64,000 bases of DNA from Octopus bimaculoides (Eukaryota): assembly GCF_001194135.2 (NCBI RefSeq), contig NC_068998.1, forward strand, positions 19,522,742-19,586,741, written 5' to 3'. This document shows, piece by piece, positions 35,886 to 49,725 of this stretch (within the stretch, counting starts at the first letter, position 1; each line of letters begins with the position of its first letter). The notes beneath the pieces are model-generated. The model saw only the letters and a program-made list of their open reading frames with translations. It searched no databases and had not been told where the DNA came from. Both the position numbers and the translations under genes were made by a program.

Positions 35886-37537
35886 CTACTATGACTCTTC
35901 ATCACATTAAAACAATCACAGCCTGTTTTTGTATGTAGTATGGTCCTCAAAATGTGCACAATGGTTCACAATCAGTACCTAGTTAGCTGTTCAATAGGTC
36001 TGCCAGATCAGAGTTAATTTATAACTATTTTCCTATTAAAGTTGATTTTATATTATAATAGTGAAGAACACGCCCTGTTTCAACACTTACAGAATACCTC
36101 TAAAATGTTAATAGTTAGTAATTAGCTAGGTTCAAAACATTTTTATTTAATGGGTTACTTTGACAAATTGAAACATAAAACCTAGCCAACTGGGTTGAAA
36201 TGTTATATTGTTTCACACATAGGAAAACACAAAAATCAGTAAAAAAAAAAAAAACAACACAAAAACTCAACAATGTGACCATTTATTAAAAAAATACCCC
36301 AACAAAAAAAAAAAAAGAAAAAGAAAAAAGAAATAAAAAAATTAATAAAGCAAATAGTAATCCTAATGAAAACACAGTTTATTGTGTTTGGCTACTCTGA
36401 ATCACACCCACTTCTCACTTCACTACACTATACTCAAATATATTTAACATACTTATATAAATAATGGATCTCTGTCGGTGTTTACGATGAGTATTCTGTT
36501 GTTTGATCAACTAAATTACCAGTTCACTGAATTAACATCTAACTGACTAAACATTCCACAGACACATGTAGTTTTAATATAATTGTGAGACAGAATTAGT
36601 GATACAGTGTGTGCCAGGGTGGGACCTTTGCATTGTCTATTCAGTTTCACTCATAAGACTCAGATAGAGATGAGGCACAAGTAAAAGACATTTGTCCAAA
36701 ATGCCATGTAGTAGAATCAGACCCAGGCCACCGTGATAGCAAAACCAAATTCATAACCATACAGCCATACTGTATATCTATCTATCTATCTATCTATATA
36801 TTTCATACTGGCTGTGAATAGCCATGCAGATCACTCTGCTTCTGCTCTGCATCTACCTTTCAGAGTAATCTTCTTGTCTCCTAGCATGAAGTTGCCCTCC
36901 CCCCTACCCCAGGGCTAGTAGTTCTGCTGCAAACTGCATGGTGGCTTCAATAGTGCAGGTGAGTCCTTCAGACTCATCTAGGTGAGCAGTACCCACAAAT
37001 ATGTGCTGATTCCAGCCATACTGACCGGTCTAACTTATGCCAGCATGGAAAGCAGACATAAAATAATGATGATGACAATGATGATGATTGTAAAGAGACA
37101 AGTAAATGCCCTTAGTGAGTGTTTCCCCAAAGAGGGTTCCGTGAAAACCTATTAGGGGAGTGTGAGACAAGGAATCATTCAAAAAAATTTAATAAGAATT
37201 TATTTTAGAGAAAAAAAATTATATTTGCCATTTACAAAATAATAACTAATGTTCTTTTTAATTGAATAAATTATCCTTCTAAAAAATAATTTTTGTTTCA
37301 TTTAATGCCTTATCAAAATTAGGGCAGGTGGGGTTGTCTGTACAATACAGGTATAGGTTCATTGATTTTTGAAAAAATTATCATAATAGGTGCAGGCGTA
37401 GCTGTGTGGTAAGAAGCTTGCTTCCCAACCACATGGTTCTGAGTTCTGTCCCACTGTGTGGCACTATAGTCTTGGGCTAACCAGAGCCTTGTGAGTAGAT
37501 TTGGTAGACAGAAACTGTAAGAAGCCAGTCTTGTGTG

Positions 37538-37592
<55 letters not shown>

Positions 37593-37861
37593 CATGAGCA
37601 TTTAGATCAAAACTATACTGCTTCTGCCGTCTATTACCTGATGTTCAAAATAATAGTGAAAGACTTCAACATACCTCAAGAAGAATGTGGAAAGAGAGGA
37701 AATAGCATCTTGTTAGAAACTGCCTATTTGTTAGAAGCTGTCTATTTTCTCTCTTTCCACATTCTTCAATATCACAATGCCTCAAGTGAACTACAATGCT
37801 CTTACACCTCAAGAAATATTTTGGTAACTATTGAACTAGGTTCTGTTATATTGGTTTTCAA

Positions 37862-38280
37862 ATATTTTGGCACAAGGTCAGCAAATTCAGGGGAGGTGTA
37901 AGTCAATTACATTGACCTTAGAGGTCAACTAGCACTTATTTTTTTTTTATCAGCCTTGAAAGGATGAAAGGCAAAGTCGACTTAGGTGGAATTTGAACTG
38001 TGAACGTAAGGACAGTTGAAATGCTAAGAATTTGACCCAGTCTGCTAACAGCTCACCAACTTAAAGGTTCACTAATATTAATATCAAATTTTGGCACAAG
38101 GTCAGCAACTTTGGGGAAGGTGTTAAACTGATTACATCAACCCTACTTATTCCTATCAGCCCTGAAAAAATGAAAGGCAAAGTTGACCTTAATGTAATTT
38201 GAACTCAGAATATAAAGACAGATGAAAGCCACTAAGCATTTTACCCAGCCTGCTAATGGTTCTGTCAGCTTGCTATCTTA
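37862..38280 (-). mobile_element. Two tandem SINE family B copies (37862-38062, 38085-38280)
   Basis: TTTTGGCACAAGGTCAGCAA...GAAAGGCAAAGT block repeated twice. Confidence 0.8.
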
Positions 38281-40934
38281 AAAGTTCAGTAATATTAATT
38301 TCTGATGTAGACATGAAGCCACATAATTTTTTTGTTGTGAAATCCTGACAGCCCCGTGGGATAGCAAGTCAACTATCCTAAACCATACAAAGGAGTATGT
38401 GCACTGTCAGTGAGGGACAGTATGGTGTGTGCAGGTGCTTTGTGAAGACAGTCGTAGAAGTCCTTGAAAAGAGATATTGTTTGTTATGTGTTGTTTCTGA
38501 TTTATATTTGTATTGTTATGACCTTGTTATATATATCATATCTGGAAAGAACACAGTTTAAATGTGTGGGGAATTGTAAATAAGATCATATATTTCTAAT
38601 CATTAACTTCATCTTTACTGACGGATATTTAAAAAAAGTCTCTAATACATTTAGATCAACAATATATACATAGTACTAGATTAGATTGAAACTAGGAACA
38701 TTTCTATATTGTTTCTTTGTTTTAAATTTATTCAGAAGTCTTTTATCAACTATGACAATTTCATTCCTTGGTAGTTTGTAATTTCTTTTCTCATACCATA
38801 TATTTCAGTCATTAAGGGCTTCTCCTCTCAATAAAACTTTCCACATCAATATTTTATCTTACTGAACTCATGTACAGTTAGAAATGTGAAGATCAATTAT
38901 ATAGAAATGAACCAGAATTGATATAATCTGTTTCTTAATATTTCTCACAGAAACTAGATTGATGGTAACTTGCTGCATTAAACAGATTAACTAGAGAAAA
39001 CATGGGAAATACCTTGAAAGTAGAGAAGGCATCTGAAGCATATACAGGGAGTTCAAAGAAGGACATAACAGTGTCAACGAGACACAATATTTTCTAAGAG
39101 GGTAGCAAGGTTATGCATAGTCAATTATGCCTTGACTTGCCTTGAGGCTTCCTTGATGGAATTGAAGGGGAACATGTGGTATGTCTTGGCCATTTTTAAA
39201 GACGGGAGAGCTCATCCCTCAAATTACACCTTACCATATTTTAATTTTTAGTAAGGACACATTAGCTACTGAAGTCCTATATTCTCTTTCAAAAACAAGA
39301 TAACCTCAATTGGAATGTTTTTAATCAAAAGGTCTGCTTGATAAGCACTGATATGGGGCAAAACAACAACAACAACAAAGTAGTTGAAACTAAAAACACC
39401 AAAATATTGTTAACAGCTAAAATTCAAGAAGAATAATGCTGCTCTGCATGCTTCAAAATCAATTCTATTAAAGTTGTTATTGATTAGATTCTGGCTGAAT
39501 GGACAGACTTACGAGTGAAGGCATTTCAGACGTGACTGTCTGGTCTTTTTGTACATTTAGAACAACAGGTAGAGTAAGATAAGGGCAAGATTTGGCTACT
39601 ATTTCTTGAAGGTCGAGTAACTATGTAGAAATCAGCAGTGGTATTAACCCATTCACTGTGAAATTAAAATTTGTGGTATTTCAGTAACGATGTTAAAATA
39701 TCTACCAAAAATAGAATTAGTATTTTCTGCAGGTCACGTTGTCTCTGTAAACGTGATATATCTTAACAGGAAATAGTTTTGAACAGGACATTCTTCAACA
39801 AGGGAGGGATTAGTGTATAAAACTGTTGAAGATAATGAAATCTTGGGTGGAGATAACTGCTTTCCACAGTAAAAGGGTTAATAGGTGACTACATGATATA
39901 AAAAAAAAACAAACAAGAAACTTACTTTATTCAAGTACTCCCTTAAATTTCATGCTACTTTGTCATTCATATTCTATTACAATCTACATCCCTATAAATT
40001 TTCTTTTATAACTTATTTTATATATGGGTATGTATATGGATCTTTATATATTTACTCAATTTAATCTAATTTTTTACATTATCTTAAACAAAATCCTTTC
40101 CTACATTTGCTTAAATACAAATGTATATTACAAATATGTATACAAGAAATATATGCTTATATGAGAAAGAGAAAAGACACCCCATCCCATACATATGAGG
40201 GACACCAACTGAAATAAAATATAACCCACCATATGGACATCCTCCTTAAAACTTGACTCTTATCTCCATACATGTTATAGCTCTATCAATATTTTTGTAG
40301 TCATTTATAGGTCGCCATTTTAACTATCTCTGCTACCTTTAAGTAAGATATCCATCCCCAACATTAATATTTAAGACTAATTAGCCTTTGATTTGTTTTT
40401 GTTTAAGCTGAAGTAGTCACAAACAAGATTGGTGTTTATCTTTTAGAAAAAGAAAATGAAATAAAGAGAGAGAGAGAGAGAGAGAAAGAGAGATGAAAAT
40501 TATTAATAACTTAATGCTTGTCAAAAAATGATAAAAGGATTGATGTTAGTCTCATTGACTTCATCAGATTAGAAGCATGTTTATGAATAAACAGTTCTGT
40601 TATATCTTTATATGTAGCTTTATACAATGATAAAGAGCCTAGCACTACACTGAATAATTGAGTGTTTCATATAAATCATATCTATCTATTTGAAACGATA
40701 AAGCCATAATAATTAACTTTAAAACCTTCATTATAGGCCATGTTTATATCTGGAGTACAACGCACAAAGGTATTGTTGAATAACTCAAAGCAGATTAATA
40801 TCAGGAAGTAACCAAGTAAATGCTTGAAATGACTTTATACACCCTGCACTCTTTATACCATAAGCCTTCAGCATAAACCAAATTCAAATCTATTTAGCTT
40901 GCACAGAGTAGTAAACATTAAGCTGGATACTTAC

Positions 40935-40978
40935 CAAAGCACTTTCTTTGAGATCCAAGTTCTTTAAAACAGCATCAC
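40935..40978 (-). CDS. VPS13: VPS13A/C-type gene, coding exon (equivalent to exon 2), 44 nt, (G)DAVLKNLDLKESAL
   Basis: Minus strand tttctgttacag|GTGATGCT...GCTTTG|gtaagt. Peptide matches the chorein-N motif. Ends in phase 0 and joins the next exon in frame. Confidence 0.93.
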
Positions 40979-43449
40979 CTGTAACAGAAAGATAAATATC
41001 TTAGTACCATCAATGCTATTTTCAATTAATTAGCATTATCATCATCATCTTTGTCATCACTCAACATGCACTTTTCGATGCTGGCATGAGTCAGAGGGAA
41101 TTTGTTGAGGTAGATTTTCTACAGCCAGATGTCCTTTCCTGTTGCCAACCCTCCATTGTTTCCAAACCAGGTTATATTTGCCCATGACCAGACATTTCAT
41201 AGAAGACTGGAAACGATGCTCATTTACAAGCATCATGTAATGTCTAGATAAAGCTACACACAAACAAATGCATGCACAAATGTATGACAGGCTTCTTTTC
41301 TGTCAGCCACAATCCACTCACAAAGCTTTGGTTGGTTTGGTGCTATAGCAGAAGACACTTGCCCAAGGTGCCACACAGCCATGCCTGCATAGTCTTCTTT
41401 CCCTGAAACCTTTTATATGCCATATGAATGTACATAACTTTTGGTTCCATTACGTAAAAGTGATACAGATATTGTGGATAGATACAGCAACTTAGTTTTT
41501 TCTTGGTTGATAAATCATTTTCAAGTTAATAGTCAGAGAAATACTAAAGAAAGGTAATTTACCACGATACAAACAGTACAATAACATTGAACTTAATAAC
41601 AGTGAACTAAAAACAGCATTTCTTCTACATTCTTCTTAAACTGGTATGATTATTATTATTATTATCAGTTAGTTGATATCTTTTTCCTAATCAGCTGCAC
41701 AACTATAGGGTGACCAGGCCTATTGATACTAGGAATCTTGTTAGCTTTGAGCAAAATAATCAGTTTTACAGTGCCCCCCACTGTTCATAGTGGTAAGCTG
41801 TATATAATTGTGGTAGTTACTAGTGGCTTAAACACGCAAACATTAAGTAACTGGGTTATAAACAATGGCCCAACACCAGGGATGCAATATGAACTGCTCA
41901 CCCTTGAGTTAAAAAGAGGGCATTTGCTGAACCAGCTGCAACTTGATCTTAGACATGCTGATGCCTTATTTCTGGCAATAAATTCTATTAATTCTCTCCA
42001 GACCCTCATCCATAGCCAATAAAAGAATCCTTAAATCAAGCATGGGCAACCTTTTTTGAGAAGTGGGCTGCATGAGACATGACTCATCATCAGGTGGACT
42101 ACACTACTAAAAAACAATTCAAGGTAATTTTTCATCCGGTGTGCCAATCAGAAAATTCTATGGGCCTCAGTTTGCCCATGACTGCTATTTCTAGCAGGTT
42201 AAACTACGATATAGAACAGTTAAATTCCCTTCAAACTTTGATCATAGGTTTGCTCTGTTAAAGTTGACCTGGAGCTAAACAACAATAAGAACAACAACAG
42301 AGGGTAGATCCTGTCCATTCATCACCTACTGTAAAATGATAAGGACATTGCAAGTGATAAGTGTGAACCGTCTGAATCAACCAGTACCAAGGGAGCCTCT
42401 AAGTAGTCACACAACCAGCTAGAAGTAGAAGCTAAATCTCCCTTAAATTACAACCTATCATCCTTAAAAAACAAAGACATGTTGAATGATTTAGTGCTTG
42501 ATACATTATAACAAGGCAGGTGAAGTGGGGGCAAACAGACATGGTCACAGCTGCAGCATTATGATCAGAACTGACCTGAAACTAAGCAATAAAAACACTA
42601 ACAACAGCAACTAGTATTCTAAAAGACAGTAAATTAATAAAATATAGTAAAACTATAGTAACATAGTTCATACAGAAATTTTACTGAGGTGTATAATATA
42701 CACAGGTCCATACCAGTTTTGGTGACAAGTATATATAATAAATAGTGTACTCCAGTCCATGATTTTGAGAAGTGATTGATGCACTCATAATATAGCACAA
42801 TTAAAAAGCCTTTAAGAATATTGACCATTAAAAGCTCAATTATGAATGATTGATTTTATTCAATAAGAAAGAAGTGCCGGTAAACAAGTAAGATTTGTAT
42901 TACATAAGTAGTAAATTTGAACTGTAAAGAAACAATGTCTATGATAATAGCATGTGCTAGATTGATTTTATCAAGAATTATTAAGATAAATTACATTCAT
43001 AACTCTGGTGCAGTAAAGAAAACTATCAACTAGACATGTTAAAGAAATTGATATTTGTATGAAATGAGTGTTCTGAAGGAAACTAGAAAGACTTCTCAAG
43101 TTTTGTATTAAGAATAAAATTAATCTGATAGATTCTGTCCATAACAGTGTATGTGGTGTAAATGAAATAACTCAGATGGGAGTCAAACCTGTATAGCAGA
43201 CTTTATTCACCACCCTTCAATATTTACAAGTTACATTAAAAAAAAAAAGGAAAAAAAAACCCTTTATTCATTAGAATCTGAAAAAACAATTCTTTCTAAT
43301 TTTGGCACGAGGTCAACAGTTCTTGTGGGGAGTGGTGTAGGTTGATTACATTGCACCCAGTACTTGACCAGGACTATATTTTATTGACCATGAACGGATG
43401 AAATGTAAAGTTCACGTTGGAAGAATTTCAGCTCTGGATGTAAAGAGGC

Positions 43450-43715
43450 CACTACGGAGGCCATCATAGTGAAGTGAGGGAGAGATTCACTGAAAAGGTT
43501 GTAAATGGTGATGAAAGAACTTTGACAAACAGTGATTTCTCAAGGAGATTCCCAGCATTGACCTTTCCATGGCTCTTTGTGCCGTTACTAAGTGCTGTTT
43601 CTCCTTCTTTGTTGTCACCCACATTTCATTTGCATAGAGCACTGGGGGTAGAGCCATGCTGTCGAAGAGATTTGCATGAGTGACTTTGTTGAGGTTCACT
43701 TTCATAAGGAAGAGG
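43450..43715 (-). mobile_element. RTE-clade LINE ORF fragment
   Basis: ANLFDSMALPPVLYANEMWVTTKKEKQHLVTAQRAMERSMLGISLR matches the RTE LY..E.W...QRAMER.MLG motif. Confidence 0.85.
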
Positions 43716-43741
43716 AAAAGTGAAATTATAATTGTTCATGC

Positions 43742-43972
43742 CTTGAGCCTTTAGCATTCAGATTACTCTGTCAAATGTAATACTTATTTATTCACAATGT
43801 TTTGAATTGATCATGCACTATCTCATATTATCTCTTATTTTGATGATGTGATTGTTTATTTTTAGAATGACATTGTAGGATAGGTGTAAGAGGTAAGACC
43901 TGGCCAGTTTGAACACAAAACAAGTAGAATATTTGGGCCAGACATAGTCAGTTTAAATGTTAAAGGGTTAAG
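43742..43972 (-). mobile_element. piggyBac-like MITE copy
   Basis: GCCTTTAGCATTCAG...AATGTTAAAGGGTTAA; reverse complement of 54234-54455. Confidence 0.7.
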
Positions 43973-44197
43973 TTCAGTGGCTCTCAAACAGGGCACTACA
44001 GCATATTATGTGCTTATGAGATCTAGCTAAGTTTGCTGTAAAAATAAAATTTAGTCCTAAGAAAATTCGAAAAAAAAAAAACCCCAACTAAATATTAAGT
44101 TTTAACTGTTATATTTTTTGAATAAAGAAATATATTTAATAATCTTCTGTAATTTAAATTTTCTTTTATTATTTAAAAATTTTTAAAATTATTTTTA

Positions 44198-44648
44198 TTT
44201 GTTTCAGTCATTTGACTGCAGCCATACTGGAGCACCACCTTAAAGGGTGTTTTAGTCAAAGAAATTGACCCAAGACTTATTTTTTGTAAGCTTAGTACTT
44301 ATTCTATTGGTCTCTTTAGCTGAACCACTAAGTTACAAGGGTGTAAATGCACCAGCATTGGTGTCAAACAGACACAATGACACTCACACATAAATATATA
44401 CATNNNNNNNNNNNNNNNNNNNNNNNNNNNNNNNNNNNNNNNNNNNNNNNNNNNNNNNNNNNNNNNNNNNNNNNNNNNNNNNNNNNNNNNNNNNNNNNNN
44501 NNNNNNNNNNNNNNNNNNNNNNNNNNNNNNNNNNNNNNNNNNNNNNNNNNNNNNNNTAGTAGAAGACACTTGCTCAATGTGCCATACAGTGGGACTGAAC
44601 CTGGAACCATGTGATTAGGAAACAAGCTTTTTACCACAGAGTCACACT
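44198..44648 (-). mobile_element. SINE family A copy spanning an N gap
   Basis: Tail at 44201-44239, head at 44557-44648. Confidence 0.8.
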
Positions 44649-45715
44649 TTATATTTATTACATTTACAGGCTAAAATATGTAAATATATGTTTGCTTGTT
44701 TTTTTTTTAATATAGCTTTGAGTTTATGTGCCAAATAGCTTTTATTTGATATAAATAAAAAAGACTTGGAGAACTACTGCAATAATTCAATGGTAAAAAT
44801 GTTTTCTACAATAAGTACAAGGTCTAAAATTTGTCGGGAGGGCGCTAGTTGGGAGCATTGACCCCAGTGCTCAACTGGTACTTATTTTATTAAACTTGAA
44901 GGGATGAAAGATAAAAATCAATCTTGACAGACTTAAACTCAGAATGTAATGCAATAGTAATAACGATAAATTATTTTATTTTATTTTGGATTTTGTCACC
45001 AACACCTGTGTAACATTTCTTTATATACTCCCATAAAAAAAAAAAGGTAAGAAAACTATCTATATTGTAAATATATTGGTGTCATAATTGGAGTTGTTAA
45101 ATAACAATGCCTTCTGTAAAGTCAGCAGGAACTGAATTCATTCATTATTAACACCAGCTGCTGAACTGAAATTTCTATAAATAGAGACTGCAGTATAGAA
45201 AAAAAAAAAAAAGCACCATATGCTATGTCAAAACATAAATGAACCAAACTCTGTTAAACTGGACAGGAAAAACGATGAGTGAAATAACATAGCTGTATTT
45301 TATAATAAATAAGAAGGCATACAAGCATGTATTTTAGTGCACACAGATACACACCACCTGTTTTCACACATACAAAATAGTGTTCCCAAACATTCCTGAT
45401 GGGTGGAGGAGTTGACCAAACAGTAGTTCACTGGAGTGAATAGTTTTCAACTATGGTTTTAAAGATTTAAATAGAACCTTTTTTAAAATTGTCCATTATA
45501 GCAATGAGGGAAGCAATGATAAATATTAATAGCAGTCAGGTACTTGAGCCATTTCAACATTCAAAAATGGCCAACTCACAAACATACATACCAACTCAAC
45601 TGCATGTTTACAAACACTGGGAACCCCCTCAATTCAAAACTTCTTGTTGCTTTGTTAGCAACTGGCTTGAACTCTCTCAAGAAGAACTTGAATAAAAACT
45701 CAAAGAAAAACATAT

Positions 45716-45764
<49 letters not shown>

Positions 45765-46393
45765 NNNNNNNNNNNNNNNNNNNNNNNNNNNNNNNNNNNN
45801 NNNNNNNNNNNNNNNNNNNNNNNNNNNNNNNNNNNNNNNNNNNNNNNNNNNNNNNNNNNNNNNNNNNNNNNNNNNNNNNNNNNNNNNNNNNNNNNNNNNN
45901 NNNNNNNNNNNNNNNNNNNNNNNNNNNNNNNNNNNNNNNNNNNNNNNNNNNNNNNNNNNNNNNNNNNNNNNNNNNNNNNNNNNNNNNNNNNNNNNNNNNN
46001 NNNNNNNNNNNNNNNNNNNNNNNNNNNNNNNNNNNNNNNNNNNNNNNNNNNNNNNNNNNNNNNNNNNNNNNNNNNNNNNNNNNNNNNNNNNNNNNNNNNN
46101 NNNNNNNNNNNNNNNNNNNNNNNNNNNNNNNNNNNNNNNNNNNNNNNNNNNNNNNNNNNNNNNNNNNNNNNNNNNNNNNNNNNNNNNNNNNNNNNNNNNN
46201 NNNNNNNNNNNNNNNNNNNNNNNNNNNNNNNNNNNNNNNNNNNNNNNNNNNNNNNNNNNNNNNNNNNNNNNNNNNNNNNNNNNNNNNNNNNNNNNNNNNN
46301 NNNNNNNNNNNNNNNNNNNNNNNNNNNNNNNNNNNNNNNNNNNNNNNNNNNNNNNNNNNNNNNNNNNNNNNNNNNNNNNNNNNNNNNNNNNNN

Positions 46394-46434
<41 letters not shown>

Positions 46435-47004
46435 TATCGACTCTGAAAAGATGAAAGGTAAAGCTGACCTCAGCAGAATTTGAACTCAGAACAAAGATGA
46501 TGAAATGCTGGTAAGTATTTTGCCTGATATGCTAATGGTTCTGCTAACTCTCTACGTAAATAATATTAATAATAGTAATCCTTTCTACAATAGGCACAAG
46601 GCCTGAAATTTTGGGGTAGGGGGCTAGTCGATTACATCAACCCCAGTGGACAACTGGTACATATTTTATAAACCCTGGGAGGATGAAAGGTAAAGTGGAT
46701 CTCAGCGGAATTTGAACTCAGAACACGAAATGCATTTTGCCTGACATGCTAATGATTCTGCCAGCATCCACCTAACCACTTAATTTGTCTGAAGTCAAAG
46801 AGGAAAATGTTTGTCAGTCAAGCAGCTATTGATAAGATTTAAATGTCCTACATCAAATGAATTATCAATCACTGTAGCAACACCTGACTATTCAGCTTGT
46901 TAACATCATCACAACTATAGAGCCTCAATTATCCAATTAAAAAGTCTATAATTCTTTATATATTTCAAAACTAAAAACAAATCAAAGCAGATAATGATAT
47001 AATG

Positions 47005-47565
47005 AACTTGTGTACAGTGCTCAGGTGCACTGCAACTCATCAGAAAAAGTAACCAAAACTGCACGAACAGTACATAGAATATGAGCAGGAAGCAAACTCT
47101 GAAAAAGTTTTTTTTTTTTTAAACAATAAGGAAGAAGAAATAGGGATGGAGGACATCAGGTGTACAGTTGGCGAATTTCAGGAAGTATGGAAGTTTTGAA
47201 GGATGTAGTGTCCTAACAGCTAACAACAGATGGAGGTAATTTATTCCATGCTTCAGCAATTCTGAGCATGAAAAACTCATAGGTACTGTATTGTTTTTTT
47301 GATTTTGTAAGCATGTCCATGAGTGAAAGACATGGAATTCAAAAAGGTGCCCAAGGTTGTTGTTGTAAAGATAGTGGAAATCTTGTGGGTGTCTACCATG
47401 TCAGTTGCCAGATGTTGGAACTTTATTGTGCCCATGCCCAGGGAAGCAAGATGTTCAGAGCATGGTACTTGCCTGATGGTTGGTATGTGTCTGGTTGCAC
47501 ATTTCTGAACGGTTTCAGTGGTTATTTTTGTAAGACAAGTCAAGTTATATAGTTTTGTCCAGATA
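47005..47565 (-). mobile_element. 3' fragment of a CR1-clade LINE (decayed)
   Basis: Minus translation TVQKCATRHIPTIRQVPCSEHLASLGM...THGHAYKI resembles the CR1 ORF2 C-terminus (VQRRATR...Y.ERL...TRGH..K), followed by a 3' UTR. Confidence 0.8.
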
Positions 47566-49479
47566 AAATACTTGTACTAAATCATATGCGCCCACACAAA
47601 TAACGGTTGCAAATTTTTGGCTGAATGCCAGCAATTTTGAGAAGAGGGAGTAAGTCAATCACAACAACTCTGATGCTTAACTGGCACCTATTTAATCGAG
47701 CCCCAAAAGAATGAAAGGAAAAATTGACTTTTGTGAGATTTGAGCTCAGGATATAAAAGAACCAGAAGAAATACCACCAAGCTAACAGTTCTGCCAGCTT
47801 GCCACCTTGACACAATAACAAAAAATGAGAATTTCATTTACTCATAAAGCATTTTTTGCTACATGGCCATTAATTTTCTGTAAAAGGTTAGGGTATACTA
47901 ACTAGTGTATTGATAGTGAAAGAATCTACCGCAATGAGATTTAAACAAGTGACTCACCAAATATAATACTGCAAAGCAGATCTAAATAATATACAAACTG
48001 CAAGCTATATCCAGCATACTGCAGCATGCCAAAATGAATTATAGAATGTCTTTACTACTTCTTGTTGGTTTTAGAGCTTATTTCTTCTTTTTCTTTTCAC
48101 AAATATTTATTTGTTGTTGTTTAGTTCCAAGCTGGTCCTGACCAAGCAGGCCTATTCATCTTTATCATACATTGTTTTTCTTTTTTCATTGTTTTAACAT
48201 CTACTTTTCCAGGCTTGCATGGGTCAGAAGAAATTCATTGAGGTAGATTGTTTTTTCACTGTGGTAGAATATTTGGGCCAGATATGGCCTGTTTAACTCT
48301 ATAGCATTTAAATTGGACATATCCAGCCAAAATATTCTACCTGCTTTATGTTCAAACTGACCGGATTTGGCCCCTCACACCTACCCTACAATTTTACTCT
48401 AAAAATAAACTTCCCCATCATAAACATTTTGAAGCTATGGAATAAGGCATAATTAATTCAAAACAGTGTGAATAAACAAAAATTATTTTTGACAGAGTAA
48501 TCTGAATGCTAAAGGGATAAAACAATAAATCACTAAACATGGTAAGCACCTAACCTAGTTCTCTACTTTTGCAATCTCTCTTACTTTATGCAAGCACCAA
48601 AACTGAACAGTTCTTAAAACTATATAATCATTATAGAACTTTTTAATTAAGACTGGATGCAAACACAAATTACCTATGGAACGCAGGACCTTTCATTTTT
48701 TTTTTTTTTTTTTTTTTTTGTTCATCTAATGTCATCCATGTTCATCTTCTGTAATTAACTTTCAAGATCTAATACTTTAATTCTATTATCTGCAACTGAC
48801 ACTGCAGATGACATTATTTAGAATTCAATTCTATTCTAAATGTCTTGCCTTTAGCATTACGATTCATTAGAAATATTGACCACTGACTCAAAGATTGCCA
48901 GCTATTACTTCAAATAGGTTTTGAAACAGGAAATAGAAGGAATGGAATAATTAATTAAATATATAAAATAAATGAGATATAGTACAATACAATTTAATAT
49001 TAATACATTTGTTGTTGTTTAACTCCTAGTTCTGCTTTGATGAACCAGGATGATGATATCCAGTCTTATTTTTTTTCAATTTTTACTAGATCCTCCTCCT
49101 CCTCCTCATTATTACTGTTTTAACACTCACTCTTCCATGCTTGACTGGGTCAGATTGAATTTTTGGGGCAGATTTTCTATAGCCAGATGCCTTCCCGGTT
49201 GTCAACCTGTACCAAGTAAGGTAATATCTCTCTATGAACAGACATTTTCACAGAAAATTGAAAACAAAGGACACCACTGGCATGATGATGACACTCATTT
49301 ACAACTATCATAAAATGTTAAGGCAAGGAGACAATAACACACACACTCACACACACACATGGTCTCATTAATTTTCTGCCAATTAAATCAACTAACAATG
49401 CTTTGATCAGCCCATGCCTACAATAGAAGACACTTGCCCATGTGGTTGGGAAGCAAACTTCTTACCACACAGCCACGCC

Positions 49480-49725
49480 GCACATAAAATACACCATTTT
49501 GAGCGTGGCCGTTGCCAGTACTGCCTGACTGGCCTTCGTGCTGGTGGCACGTAAAAGCACCCACTACACTCTCGGAGTGGTTGGCGTTAGGAAAGGCATC
49601 CAGCTGTAGAATCTCTGCCAAATCAGATTGGAGCCTGGTGTAGCCATCTGGTTCACCAGTCCTCAGTCAAATCGTCCAACCCATGCTAGCATGGAAAGCG
49701 GATGTTAAACGATGATGATGATGAT
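49480..49725 (+). mobile_element. Family C repeat (young copy, RTE-type tail)
   Basis: Near-identical to 6075-6203 and to the reverse complement of 53316-53560. CpGs retained. Confidence 0.8.

Noticed and set aside
45544-46446. 300-aa ORF (also 60291-61175, 44299-44637, 32143-32603, 57723-58078)
   Set aside because: Artefacts of reading through N gaps.
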